Assembly (NCBI GenBank): GCA_001002135.1 | Contig: LCLP01000003.1 | Coordinates: forward strand, 107,198-164,497 | Direction: 5' to 3' | Length of the DNA: 57,300 bases | Source: Candidatus Pacebacteria bacterium GW2011_GWA1_46_10 | Lineage (GTDB): Bacteria; Patescibacteriota; Microgenomatia; UBA1400; PJMF01 | Shown: piece by piece, positions 17,740 through 27,537 of the stretch | Position numbering within the stretch: position 1 is the first letter of the stretch | How the letters are laid out: each line of letters starts with the position of its first letter | The notes under the pieces: model-generated | Databases searched by the model: none | Seen by the model: the letters and a program-made list of their open reading frames with translations, nothing else | Told to the model about the DNA's origin: nothing | Position numbers and translations under genes: made by a program

Positions 17740-19712
17740 CCCGCTCCGCCGCCGCCTCCCCCACCGCCGCCACCACCACCACCGGAAGAACCACCCGATG
17801 AACCGGAGCCAGAGGCGCCAAAGCTGCTGGTGGTTGAGCTAGAAAGTGAAGACAGTGCTGACGAAACCGAGCCTAAGGCTTGCCCCAACGAGGCAGTTTG
17901 ACCAGCCGCAAACCCTGGAGAACTGCCGGTCGTAACGCCCCAATAGGTCGCGGCACGGTTAAATTCTTTTTGATTAAATTCGATGGGCAGCTGCGACAAG
18001 GCCTTGGCCGACACGCCAAACAATGTGCCATACACTAGGTATTTTTCCCACAAAATCACCGAGTCGATGGGATATTTTTTCGTCTGCTGGTAGTCAATCA
18101 TGTGTCGCTTAAACGCTCGCCACAATGATGCTTCACGCAGACCCTGCTCAGTCCGCCACAGGGCATTGGTGCGCAAAACAGCAATGATCAGTAACACTAC
18201 CCCTGGAAAAATCAACTGAAACTGAATGAGTAGCGGTAAAAACACTCCCGAGGATTCAATGTATCGACTGTCGGCTGCCATCAGGCCATACACCACATAC
18301 ACGCCGATCATCACCAACACCAACTTGCCAAACTTTCGCAGTGGTGTAAAAAACTTCACCGCTCGCTTTGGCTCAAACATCCCCTGTGCCACGTTGTCCT
18401 CGAATGCCTCCCTACCAAGTCCTTGCAAGAAATAGTAGGCGCCGTTGCGATGACTTTTGCTGTACTTGGTTAACTGATTAAACCAAACCGTCTTCGTTCC
18501 ACCGCCAACGGTGTTAAAAATATAGTCAAATACTTTTTGCTGCACAGCCGTCAAAACTTTCTGCTTCCCCGTTTGTGCAAAACCGTATTCGTATTGCTTC
18601 ACCAACCACCCTTTTTGTTCACTACTGCGAGTAATCTTGACCACTTTTTGCTGAACGAGTGAGAGAGCAGTGGCCGTAAAAACCTTGGCTGATAGGTTTT
18701 TGGAGCCAGAAAGCAACTGCTCCACTAACGCCGGCTCCAAATCACTGGGCGGTTCCCAAAACCGATCGGCTTGATTAGCTGGCGGGATACGCTGCACATC
18801 AAAACGCAGATAATGCACAATTTCCCAGATCACTACCACCCAGACTGCCAGCAGTAGTCCACTCGCGATCAGCGTAAACCAACCTTGCATTTTGTTGGCT
18901 TGAATAGTGCGGGCAATAAACTCACTTTCCTGATCGGCAATTAATTCCCGGGAAGCGCTGCCGGCTGCCCCACCGGTCATGATCGATTTTGGAAAAATAA
19001 CTCTCCCCTCAGTAAACCGGCCAGCTGGATTTCGATCCAGTTGAAACGTGACTGTCTGATCATCGACAATCGTCACCGTCCCACCCTGTACCTCATGCAT
19101 CCACGACTGGATCAGTGTCCCATCAATTCCCTCTGGGAGTGTGACGGTGATGAAGATATTTTGCTGGCTGATTTCCCACTCACTTCCAATAAACTGCCAG
19201 TAAAGCTCCGCCACGTTTTCATGAAGAGTAATGGCGTTATCGACGATATAGCTCAACGTAAATGTCTTGGGTTCGAAGTTCGCACTGAAGTGCCACTGAA
19301 GATAGGTTCGCTCATTATCTTGAACCACCGTAAACGTGCCGGGCGGATTCTCACGCCGCTCCTCTAGATTGACCTCACTGGCAGGTAAAAACGAATAGCA
19401 CCCCAGTTCATCACACACACTTTTAACTCTGATTTGGTAAGGTTCTGAGCGATGTGGATCAAGCGCTTGATCCGGCCGGTGGTAAATATCTTCGTAAGCA
19501 AATTTGAAATCATCCTGGAAATCATAGACACGCTGCTCGGTCACCTCCATCGAGCCGTCAGGCTGCACTATGGCATTAATCAAAACCGAGTCAATGCTGT
19601 ACTCTTTCGCTTGTACTTGAGGAGAAAAAACGAGCGCGGCGCCAAGGAAAAGAGCGACCAAAAAAATCATTTTCTGCCACCAACTAACCCCGTTGCGCAC
19701 CATAAACTTCAT
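17736..19712 (-). CDS. DUF2207 family membrane protein
   Basis: I.PDGSM.V.E.R, ELYWQFIG.EW, WEKYLVYGTLFGV and a Gly/Ser-rich tail; start moved to ATG 19712 (or 19703). Confidence 0.85.
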   Translation of the reverse strand: MKFMVRNGVSWWQKMIFLVALFLGAALVFSPQVQAKEYSIDSVLINAIVQPDGSMEVTEQRVYDFQDDFKFAYEDIYHRPDQALDPHRSEPYQIRVKSVCDELGCYSFLPASEVNLEERRENPPGTFTVVQDNERTYLQWHFSANFEPKTFTLSYIVDNAITLHENVAELYWQFIGSEWEISQQNIFITVTLPEGIDGTLIQSWMHEVQGGTVTIVDDQTVTFQLDRNPAGRFTEGRVIFPKSIMTGGAAGSASRELIADQESEFIARTIQANKMQGWFTLIASGLLLAVWVVVIWEIVHYLRFDVQRIPPANQADRFWEPPSDLEPALVEQLLSGSKNLSAKVFTATALSLVQQKVVKITRSSEQKGWLVKQYEYGFAQTGKQKVLTAVQQKVFDYIFNTVGGGTKTVWFNQLTKYSKSHRNGAYYFLQGLGREAFEDNVAQGMFEPKRAVKFFTPLRKFGKLVLVMIGVYVVYGLMAADSRYIESSGVFLPLLIQFQLIFPGVVLLIIAVLRTNALWRTEQGLREASLWRAFKRHMIDYQQTKKYPIDSVILWEKYLVYGTLFGVSAKALSQLPIEFNQKEFNRAATYWGVTTGSSPGFAAGQTASLGQALGSVSSALSSLSSSTTSSFGASGSGSSGGSSGGGGGGGGGGGGGAG

Positions 19713-19720
19713 GATACAAT
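19693..19720 (+). promoter_or_regulatory. Sigma70-type promoter for rplJL
   Basis: TTGCGC-16 nt-TACAAT with a TG extension, overlapping the start of the divergent DUF2207 gene. Confidence 0.55.
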
Positions 19721-19731
19721 ACTTTTCGTTT

Positions 19732-19781
19732 CCGAAGACAGTGTGTCCCCGATGAAATCGGGGTGAAATACCACACCGAGG
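19732..19781 (+). promoter_or_regulatory. L10 leader (ribosomal protein autoregulatory RNA)
   Basis: CCGAAGACAG-TGTG...CACA-CCGAGG matches the L10-leader core, with an inner CCCCGAT/ATCGGGG hairpin, upstream of rplJ. Confidence 0.75.
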
Positions 19782-19877
19782 AGAAATCAGTACGCCTCCG
19801 CGTTTTATTTCCCTCTTTTTGTATTTCACTCTCTTCGCCAACAGCACATTAAAGTAACAGTTAAGTAAAGGATTTGT

Positions 19878-20396
19878 ATGCCAAGTAAACGTAACTTGGA
19901 GGGTGTCAAAACCCTGCAAGAAAAGTTTGCTCAAGCTAAATCAGCGGTGTTGGTCAATTACGAAGGCACTTCCGTCAATGATCAGGTGGAACTGCGATCA
20001 GCCCTGACAGTGGTCGGTGGTGAAATGTTTGTCACCAAAAACACCCTGATTGATCATGCTCTCGGGAAAGGGAAATGGACTGATTCCCTGAAAGGCATGA
20101 ATGCGATCGTCTTCTCGTACCAGGACGCCATTGCCGCCATCAAAGCGCTTTTCCAGTTCCATGAGGACCGCGAAAAACTCGAGATTAAGCAAGGTGTGAT
20201 GGCTGACAAAATTTTGTCAGCTGAGGAGATCGAAGCCTTGAGTAAACTGCCAAGTAGACAAGAACTTATGAGTATGTTGGTCATGCGTTTGAAAGGTCCC
20301 TTGTATGGCCTGACAAACGTCTTGAAAGCCGGCCCCAGAGATCTTGTTTATGCCCTGCGCGCGATTCGTGATAATAAAAGCGAATCAGCCGTGTAA
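19878..20396 (+). CDS. rplJ: 50S ribosomal protein L10
   Basis: LRSAL...VTKNTL and LSKLPSRQEL motifs. Confidence 0.96.
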   Translation: MPSKRNLEGVKTLQEKFAQAKSAVLVNYEGTSVNDQVELRSALTVVGGEMFVTKNTLIDHALGKGKWTDSLKGMNAIVFSYQDAIAAIKALFQFHEDREKLEIKQGVMADKILSAEEIEALSKLPSRQELMSMLVMRLKGPLYGLTNVLKAGPRDLVYALRAIRDNKSESAV

Positions 20397-20409
20397 AAGT
20401 AAAAGTTAA

Positions 20410-20453
20410 AAGTGAATAGTTAATAGAATCTATCAACTATCAACTATGAACTG
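20410..20453. repeat. Heptamer-periodic inverted repeat, copy 3
   Basis: ATAGTTAATAG-AAT-CTATCAACTAT with the same AGAATCT core as copy 1. Confidence 0.8.
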
Positions 20454-20462
20454 AAAGGATTT

Positions 20463-21026
20463 ATGTCAGATACCCAAAAAGCCGCAGCCCTCAAGGCTGA
20501 AGAGGCCAAGACTGAAGAGGTCAAAGAAGAAAAAGCTCAAGCTCCCGCGGCGCAAGCTCCAAAAGCTGAAGTAAAAGTGGAAGCTAAAGCCGAAGAAAAA
20601 GTAGCAAAAACGGAGAAAAAAGAAAGTAAGAAACTCTCCGCGCCAGTCAAGAAAATCGTTGACGCTGTCAAGGAAATGTCCTTGATGGAAGTCTCGCAGC
20701 TCGTCTCGGCTCTCGAGGATGAGTTTGGCGTCAGTGCAGCCGCACCGATGATGATGGGCGCCATGCCCGCCGGAGCAGGTGCCAACGGCGCTGCCCCCGC
20801 CGCCGAAGCGCAGACTGAGTTCGACGTTATCCTAAAAGATGGTGGTGCCAATAAAATCGGTGCCATCAAGGCCGTCAGAACCCTCAAACAAGAGCTTGGT
20901 CTGGGTGAGGCTAAAGCCTTCGTCGAGTCTGCTCCTAAAACCCTTTTAGAGGGTGTGAGTAAGGAAGAAGCCGAGGCTGCCAAGAAAACCTTGGAAGAAG
21001 CCGGCTGTGTGGTGGAACTGAAGTAA
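20463..21026 (+). CDS. rplL: 50S ribosomal protein L7/L12 with N-terminal extension
   Basis: [24 protein letters not shown] and LGLGEAK; about 55 aa Ala/Glu/Lys-rich extension. Confidence 0.96.
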   Translation: MSDTQKAAALKAEEAKTEEVKEEKAQAPAAQAPKAEVKVEAKAEEKVAKTEKKESKKLSAPVKKIVDAVKEMSLMEVSQLVSALEDEFGVSAAAPMMMGAMPAGAGANGAAPAAEAQTEFDVILKDGGANKIGAIKAVRTLKQELGLGEAKAFVESAPKTLLEGVSKEEAEAAKKTLEEAGCVVELK

Positions 21027-21047
21027 GTTCGACTCAAAGCGAAAAAG

Positions 21048-21084
21048 AAAACCCCGTTGCTGGAAACAGCGCGGGGTTTTTGTT
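21048..21084 (+). terminator. Intrinsic terminator after rplL
   Basis: AAAACCCCG...CGGGGTTTT stem followed by a T-rich run. Confidence 0.85.
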
Positions 21085-21224
21085 TCTCTCTTGATCGCTT
21101 TCGATCTTTTTTGAAATCCCCTATTGACCCAGTTGCGCATACTCTGCTACTTTTATTAATAGTTGCGAAAATTTTTTAAGTAGTATGCTCACTTCATTCA
21201 AGTGGGATCAGAAGGAAAGGACGC

Positions 21225-21497
21225 ATGAACGATATGTCTGCCACTCCCGTCGGCGATTCAGACAGCAAGCGCACTGGTAGGGCTACTGACGCCGCGAAAC
21301 TGGACATCAATAACCTGCCTGACCTCTTAACAGTCCGTGAGGTGGCAGATTTATTGCGTGTTTCTCCGCTGACTATTAAGCGCTGGGGTAAACGCGGCAA
21401 GTTGCCCGCTATCCGGATTAACTCCCGCGGCGATCGCCGCTACAAGAAAGAAGCGGTGCTTTGGTTGTTGGGGGTGAACCCCAATGGTGAGGAATAA
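21225..21497 (+). CDS. MerR/excisionase-like helix-turn-helix DNA-binding protein
   Basis: LLTVREVADLLRVSPLTIKRW...G.RRY. Confidence 0.85.
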   Translation: MNDMSATPVGDSDSKRTGRATDAAKLDINNLPDLLTVREVADLLRVSPLTIKRWGKRGKLPAIRINSRGDRRYKKEAVLWLLGVNPNGEE

Positions 21498-21515
21498 GTT
21501 TTCAACTTAAAAAAA

Positions 21516-22439
21516 TCAGGTCGCGGCTTTTTCTTGCTGTGACCGCTTTTTTTCTTCAATAAAGGCCTGAATAACTGGCCCTACTGCCTTTAAGGCTTCT
21601 TCCTTAGGAATACTGGCGTAAATACTCTTTAAAACCACCTCTCCTGTTGGGGAAAAGGAGCCGTCTACTCTTACTATCGAACCATCTCCCAAATTTACCA
21701 CCACATTAGCAAATTGCTCTGAACCTAAAATCCTACCTTCAAAAATCTTAAGCTCTCCTTTTTCCTTCGCCGCTTTTACCGCCTCTGAAACTTGATTTAT
21801 AACTGCCTCAGGAGGAGTATCAATACCAGTATCTTCTGGTCCTTTGTATATATCCCCCCAATGGTAAAGCCAATCTTCTTCATGTCGTTCCCAAGAAGTC
21901 ATTGTCACATCCATCCAATATTTGGTAATCTCTTCGATTGATTGTCCTTCATTCGCACGCTGCATTACCCCCTCGGTAATCCACCCCATCTCCCCCAACA
22001 TCCTTAAAGTCCTGCTGGCGAGGGTACTAACCTTACCTTTCACATATTCAAGCACCGTCGTGGCAACCGGCTCGTTCTCAACGCGAACACTCCTGGTTTC
22101 TTGACTGGAAACATCATCCACTGTTGGCTTAGGCGCCTCGCCTGCTGCTGGTTTGACGGTTGGTGGTGGTTGTTCTTCTTGGTTCTCAACGGTGGGCTGG
22201 TCTGCTGGTCGCTCTGAACTTTGTTCTGGATTTGCTTTTAAACCAGCTACCACCTTGTTTGCCTCAACCAAAAGAGCCTCTAGGTCCTCAGGATTTAAGG
22301 CTTGTTGGCCGTCATCCAGCAAAGAGATAACCTCTTTAAGTGTATTAATTGAAGCTGTTACTTTTTCTCTATTCTCGGCCTCTTTAATCCGAGCCCAATC
22401 GTAAGGGCTCATGTCTTCTATTGCGACTTCTTCATTCAT
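21516..22439 (-). CDS. Hypothetical protein, tandem paralog A
   Basis: Shares a ~200 aa C-terminal region with 22533-23213. Confidence 0.75.
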   Translation of the reverse strand: MNEEVAIEDMSPYDWARIKEAENREKVTASINTLKEVISLLDDGQQALNPEDLEALLVEANKVVAGLKANPEQSSERPADQPTVENQEEQPPPTVKPAAGEAPKPTVDDVSSQETRSVRVENEPVATTVLEYVKGKVSTLASRTLRMLGEMGWITEGVMQRANEGQSIEEITKYWMDVTMTSWERHEEDWLYHWGDIYKGPEDTGIDTPPEAVINQVSEAVKAAKEKGELKIFEGRILGSEQFANVVVNLGDGSIVRVDGSFSPTGEVVLKSIYASIPKEEALKAVGPVIQAFIEEKKRSQQEKAAT

Positions 22440-22532
22440 AAAACTCTTCCTTGGTTGACTAGATTTATTCCAGTCTGTCTTTAGTATGGTCTGTTTTTTC
22501 CTCGCTTGTCAATCTTAACGGTGAAAAATAAA

Positions 22533-23213
22533 TCAGGCCGCGGTTTTTTCTGGTTGTGGCTGTCTTTTTTCTTCAATAAAAGCCTGAATAGCCGGCTCAA
22601 CTGCTTTTAAGGCTTCTTCCATAGGAATGTCGACGGAAATCCTCTCCAAGACCACCTCTCCTTCCGGGGAAAAGGAGCCGTCTACTCTTACTCTCGAACC
22701 ATCTCCTAAATCCACCCTCGCGAAGTTTAACTCCTCTAACTCCTCCGAATCTAAGAACTTCCTTCTAATTTCAAGCTTTCCCCCTTCTCTCGCTACTTTC
22801 ACTGCCTTTGAAACTTGGTTTATGACTGCCTCAGGAGGAGTGCTAGTACCTGTACCTTTTTTCCATTTGAATACCTCTCCAAATGTCTCACCCAGTATCA
22901 CCCCCTCATAGTAAAATTTACCTTGTTCAGGCCGTTCCGAATAAGCCAGCTCTGTATCCGCCCAATATTTGGCAATTTGTTCGACCGATTGTCCCTCATT
23001 CGCAAGCTGCATAACTCTGTCGGCAAAAGACGTCCGCAAGTAGAAGCGCACCATGCGATCGTGAACCTTATCTTTTACATATTCAAGAACCGTTGTGGCA
23101 ATAGGCTCGTTCTCTGCGCGAACATCCCCGATTTCTTGATTGGGAACATTGTCTGCCGCTGGCTCAGGCGCGTCGTCTTCTTTCGGAAGGGATTTATAAG
23201 TCTGTTCCGACAT
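22533..23213 (-). CDS. Hypothetical protein, tandem paralog B
   Basis: Shared motifs ENEP.ATTVLEYVK, TPPEAVINQVS and VRVDGSFSP.GEVVL; start reassigned to ATG 23213. Confidence 0.75.
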   Translation of the reverse strand: MSEQTYKSLPKEDDAPEPAADNVPNQEIGDVRAENEPIATTVLEYVKDKVHDRMVRFYLRTSFADRVMQLANEGQSVEQIAKYWADTELAYSERPEQGKFYYEGVILGETFGEVFKWKKGTGTSTPPEAVINQVSKAVKVAREGGKLEIRRKFLDSEELEELNFARVDLGDGSRVRVDGSFSPEGEVVLERISVDIPMEEALKAVEPAIQAFIEEKRQPQPEKTAA

Positions 23214-23391
23214 GTGTTCAGTATGATCTACTTTTTCTTCACTTGTCAATTTATGAACAACAACGGCTTTTCGTGCGGATGGCAGTTTTCACCATAGACT
23301 TACTCTACTTTATTATTAATTAAAGTATCAAAATATACAGTAATAAATCAGTTTTGTTTTGCTCTTTCCCGAGGATATCTTTTGAAAAACT

Positions 23392-23413
23392 GATATAGCA
23401 AAACTGCTATATC
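23392..23413. promoter_or_regulatory. Palindromic operator candidate, copy 1
   Basis: GATATAGCA-aaac-TGCTATATC, perfect 9-bp arms. Confidence 0.6.
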
Positions 23414-23438
23414 CCAAAAACAAATACCTTTAATCACT

Positions 23439-24245
23439 CTACTTCCTCAAGGGCTCGCGGAGAGTCAGACCAATAAACTTCAGTAACGCCAGCTGGCGGC
23501 GCCAACGAGCTGGTTCTTGCACTAACCGGTACAACCACTCCAAACCCAAGCCCCGCAGCCACCACGGCGCGCGCTTCAGCTTACCAAAGAGCGTGTCAAA
23601 CGAGCCGCCCACGACCATCACGATTTTGGCCCGCGATTTTTTCAGTAAGTTAAAATGCTCAATCACCCATCGTTCTTGCTGTGGTGCACCAAACGCCACC
23701 AACACCAATTGAGGTTTGAGTTTGGTGAGTGTAGCCACAACCATTGTCTCTTCACTCTTCGTTGGTCGACTGACATTTTCATAACCCATGAGCCACTGTA
23801 AACGCAGTTTTCCGGTCGAATTGCCGTTGGCGATCAACTCTACCCTTCTTCCTCCAGCCTGGTGGTAACCCTTTCCCCCCAAGAGCAACACTCGCCACCG
23901 CTCTTTTTTGGCCCACTCGAGTAAATCAACCGCGAGGTCAATGCCGGCAATTCGCTCTGAAATAGCCTCACCGCGGCCAAAGAGTTTCAGCCACCGTGAG
24001 GCCCAAACCAAGCCAATTCCGTCTGGAATCAACACATCTGCCTGTTGCAAAAGGCGCTGAAAATGAGGGTTTTTTCGGGCTAAAACCAGTTGTTCGGGGT
24101 TCGGAGTGAATAAAACCTGCGGTGATTGTGTCCTATAAACTGAATGCTGTAACCATTTTAGCAGTTGAGACTTTGGTCTGCTAAAAATCGGTGTTTTGAA
24201 TAAAAGGACTGTCTGATCGCTCTTTTTCATAGTTTCGTTTCTCAA
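23439..24245 (-). CDS. WecB/TagA/CpsF family glycosyltransferase
   Basis: TPNPE, PDGIG, ERIAGIDL, VAFGAPQQE, VGGSFD, RAP and EWLYRL motifs. Confidence 0.92.
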   Translation of the reverse strand: MRNETMKKSDQTVLLFKTPIFSRPKSQLLKWLQHSVYRTQSPQVLFTPNPEQLVLARKNPHFQRLLQQADVLIPDGIGLVWASRWLKLFGRGEAISERIAGIDLAVDLLEWAKKERWRVLLLGGKGYHQAGGRRVELIANGNSTGKLRLQWLMGYENVSRPTKSEETMVVATLTKLKPQLVLVAFGAPQQERWVIEHFNLLKKSRAKIVMVVGGSFDTLFGKLKRAPWWLRGLGLEWLYRLVQEPARWRRQLALLKFIGLTLREPLRK

Positions 24246-24651
24246 AATCCGTCGGAGCGGACTGAAAATAGGCCGAAACTGACGGCGCTTTTTTTGTTAT
24301 TTTAACAGCTTCGAGTGGTTTCCACAGCGTGACTTTAACAAAAAGTTCATACAAACATCATATTTTGGGTTATTTTTGGGTATTTTTTCTAGCTCACTCC
24401 CTTCACCCAAAACACCACGGAAAGTAGCACCAAAAGTCGCGTCCAAAGTGTGACCCAAAATCTGCTCTTTTTAGCTGTTTTCGAACACTTTTTTACTTGA
24501 GAAAATTAAGTTTAAATTAAAAAATCATACTTTTCCAAAAATGCCGAAATGTGACCACTGATTTTACCCGAACAAACGAGCCGCAAAATCAGTTTTTTCG
24601 CCCGAACAAAACGCTCCAATTTTACCAACCAAACTGACATATAATAGTCGT

Positions 24652-26091
24652 ATGACACTAAGCCAGCTGCGAGCCAAACACCCGCGTTTCCTCTATCGAA
24701 AAGCTAGTTGGAGCCACCAAAATAATATCCTTTCAGTCACGTTCGATTTTTTGTTGGAGCCGGATCTTGTTTTCTCGCCAATTCTCACCATAGAACCAAT
24801 CAACCAAACGGTACTCGAGTCAGTTGCTCAATCAACCGTGCAAAACTGGGTTTTTCACTTGGGGCTGATTGAGCTTTTCAGCTACTGGAAAGCTAGTGCG
24901 CCGGCCGAAATTGTGGTGCAGGCCGGCTCCCTTAACAACGCCCAATTAGCCTGGTGGAAGAAGTTACTCATCAAAAGTATGGGTGAGTTTTTCTATACCA
25001 ACCAAATCGATTTTACGTCGCCAGACTTCGTCAAATTCAGCTGTGACCACCCTCAATCGTCGACTCAGTCACCCACCCAACTACCCACTCAACCAACCAG
25101 TGTTCCGCCTTATCTCGTCCCCGTTGGCGGCGGCAAGGACTCGGCGCTGGTCATCGAATTACTTGAGGAAAACGCCCTACCGTACGATATTTTGCTTTCT
25201 CACCCCCAGTCTCCTGCCGCCGCCAAAATTACTCAGTTGAGCCGCACCCAAAACGTCTTTGAGATCAAGCGGATACTCGATCCCAAGCTGCTTGAACTTA
25301 ATAAAGCCGGCTACCTCAACGGCCACACCCCTTTTAGCGCCCGGCTCGCTTTTGAATCCAGCCTGGTAGCGCTGCTCGCCGGTTATCAGCAGGTGCTGGT
25401 TGGCAACGAGTTCTCGGCCAACGAGGGCAACGTGCCATTCCATGGCGCGATAATCAATCATCAGTACTCCAAAACTTTCGAGTTTGAGCAATTATTTAGG
25501 GCGTATGTTCAAGAGTACCTCTCCCCAGCGCCAGCGTATCTGTCGCTCTTACGACCCATTCACGAATTGCAGATTGCCGGCCTGTTCGCGAAGTACCCCC
25601 GCTACCACTCGCTTTTCAAAAGCTGTAACCGTAACCAACAGCAGGAAACTTGGTGTTGTCAGTGTGCCAAATGCTTGTTTGTGTTCACCGTCCTTTACCC
25701 ATTCCTCGAGGAAAAACAGCTCATCGGCCCGATTTTCCCCACTCATCTCTTTGAAAATGCTTCACTCAATCCGCTCGCGTTGGCCCTGTTGGGTAAAGAC
25801 GCCCACAAACCTTTCGAGTGTGTCGGCACGTACGACGAAACACTGACCGCTTTTGCCCTGAGTGTCGCCAAGTTCCGCCAACACCACCCTGGCCAATCAT
25901 TGCCGCCGGTGCTTGATTTTGTCGAAAAAAACGTACTCACTAAAGAGCAAAATCTCGAGCAAACCGCTGAAAATGTGCTGTGTTTCTGGCATAGTGAAAA
26001 CAACTTGCCAGAAAAGCTGAAAGTCATCGTTAAGGGAGGTCAAGAACGACTCTGTGAGTGGTATAAGACCGAACTGGCCAGACTGTTATGA
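24652..26091 (+). CDS. murL: UDP-MurNAc-L-Ala-L-Glu epimerase
   Basis: GGGKDS, NGHTP, NE.SA, NHQYSK, SLLRP..ELQI and SCN...WC..C.KC; coupled to a MurD homolog. Confidence 0.82.
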   Translation: MTLSQLRAKHPRFLYRKASWSHQNNILSVTFDFLLEPDLVFSPILTIEPINQTVLESVAQSTVQNWVFHLGLIELFSYWKASAPAEIVVQAGSLNNAQLAWWKKLLIKSMGEFFYTNQIDFTSPDFVKFSCDHPQSSTQSPTQLPTQPTSVPPYLVPVGGGKDSALVIELLEENALPYDILLSHPQSPAAAKITQLSRTQNVFEIKRILDPKLLELNKAGYLNGHTPFSARLAFESSLVALLAGYQQVLVGNEFSANEGNVPFHGAIINHQYSKTFEFEQLFRAYVQEYLSPAPAYLSLLRPIHELQIAGLFAKYPRYHSLFKSCNRNQQQETWCCQCAKCLFVFTVLYPFLEEKQLIGPIFPTHLFENASLNPLALALLGKDAHKPFECVGTYDETLTAFALSVAKFRQHHPGQSLPPVLDFVEKNVLTKEQNLEQTAENVLCFWHSENNLPEKLKVIVKGGQERLCEWYKTELARLL

Positions 26092-27497
26092 AAGACTCGC
26101 TCTCAAACCTCACCAACCAAAAAATCCTGATTCTAGGCCTGGGAAACGAAGGCTGGTCAACGTATCGGTTCCTGCGCCGTCAACTGCCCGATAACCAACT
26201 GGCGGTGGCCGATCAGCGTGACTTCAAAGAGTTTGCCTTTCAGCAACAAACTAGCTTGCAGCAAGACGCCAAGCTCACCCTGTTTCTCGGCAAGCAGTAC
26301 CTCAAGAAAATCACGAATTATTCGGTCATTTTTAAAGCCCCCGGCATCCCCAAGAGCAAACCCGAGATCAAGCACGCGGTCGACAACGGCGCTCAATTGA
26401 CCTCCAACACCCAACTTTTCTTTGAGCTTTGCCCCGGCCAAATCATCGGCGTCACCGGCACCAAGGGCAAAAGCACCACGGCCGCGGTCATTCATCACGT
26501 GCTGAAAACTCACGGTTTAGACGCACACTTGGTGGGCAACATTGGCCAGCCAGCCCTCGATTTCCTCGAGAAAATTAATCAAGCTACACTCGTTGTTTTC
26601 GAACTTTCTAGTCACCAGCTGGAAACCCTCACTATGAGCCCCCACATTGCTGTGGTGCAAAACATCAGTAGCGAGCACTTGGATTACTACTCGAGTACCG
26701 AAGAGTACCAAACTGCTAAATCAGCCATCACTCGCTACCAAACAACAGACGACATCGTCATCTACAACCCTGCTTTTAGTGTTGCGGCTCAAATTGCCTC
26801 ACTAAGTTCGGGAAAACACCTACGGCACAGTTTGGACGAGGGACCGGAATCGGTGGCTTTTATCAGGCAAGGAAGCATTGTTTACAAAGGTCCACAGGGC
26901 AAAGCTTATGAAATCATCCAAACCAACAAACTGCCGCTGATAGGCAAGCACAACTGGCATAATGTCTTACCGGCGGTGATCATCGGTGGACTGTTTAATG
27001 TCGAACCCGATGAAATCGGTCAGGCACTGTCAAACTTCAAACCACTCCCTCATCGCTTAGAACTTGTCCTTGAGAAAAACAGTGTGCGGTACTTTGATGA
27101 CTCACTGTCAACGTTGCCCGACGCAACTATTCAAGCTCTAGAAAACTTCACCGAACCGGTGGTGCTGATCGCGGGGGGGTATGAGCGCCACCAAGATTTC
27201 ACCCAGCTAGCCACCGTCATCCTCGAGAAAAACGTGGTTGGTCTCGTGCTTTTCCACCCCACCGGCCAGCGGTTAGCCGAAGCGATTAAGCAAGCCGCCG
27301 GTCCACACCACGCGTTGCCTACCATTAAGTTCGCCGAGACCATGGCCGAGGCCGTTGAGAAAGCCCACCCAATGGTCCCTTCAACCGGTGGTGTGATGCT
27401 GATGAGTCCAGGGAGTGCCAGTTTCGGTCGGTTTAAAGACTATCAAGATCGGGGTGAACAATTTCAGGCAGCAGTGAAAAAAACAAAAAAGCAGTAA
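26088..27497 (+). CDS. murD: MurD-family ligase, probably the L-Glu-adding MurD2 type
   Basis: GVTGTKGKSTT, VGNIG, ELSSHQL, HLDYY, HRLE and LMSPGSASF; 4-nt overlap with murL. Confidence 0.9.
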   Translation: MKDSLSNLTNQKILILGLGNEGWSTYRFLRRQLPDNQLAVADQRDFKEFAFQQQTSLQQDAKLTLFLGKQYLKKITNYSVIFKAPGIPKSKPEIKHAVDNGAQLTSNTQLFFELCPGQIIGVTGTKGKSTTAAVIHHVLKTHGLDAHLVGNIGQPALDFLEKINQATLVVFELSSHQLETLTMSPHIAVVQNISSEHLDYYSSTEEYQTAKSAITRYQTTDDIVIYNPAFSVAAQIASLSSGKHLRHSLDEGPESVAFIRQGSIVYKGPQGKAYEIIQTNKLPLIGKHNWHNVLPAVIIGGLFNVEPDEIGQALSNFKPLPHRLELVLEKNSVRYFDDSLSTLPDATIQALENFTEPVVLIAGGYERHQDFTQLATVILEKNVVGLVLFHPTGQRLAEAIKQAAGPHHALPTIKFAETMAEAVEKAHPMVPSTGGVMLMSPGSASFGRFKDYQDRGEQFQAAVKKTKKQ

Positions 27498-27537
27498 AAA
27501 AAGTGAGCCAGCGCCGGAAAAAAATGAGGTTTAGCTA

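Noticed and set aside
23214-23249. TTG start for paralog B
   Set aside because: The TTG is part of a TTGACA -35 box also present upstream of paralog A
24246-24650. Replication origin or LexA boxes in the long AT-rich intergenic region
   Set aside because: Only one imperfect DnaA-like box and two CCCGAACAAA direct repeats; no CGAAC-N4-GTTCG site and no box cluster
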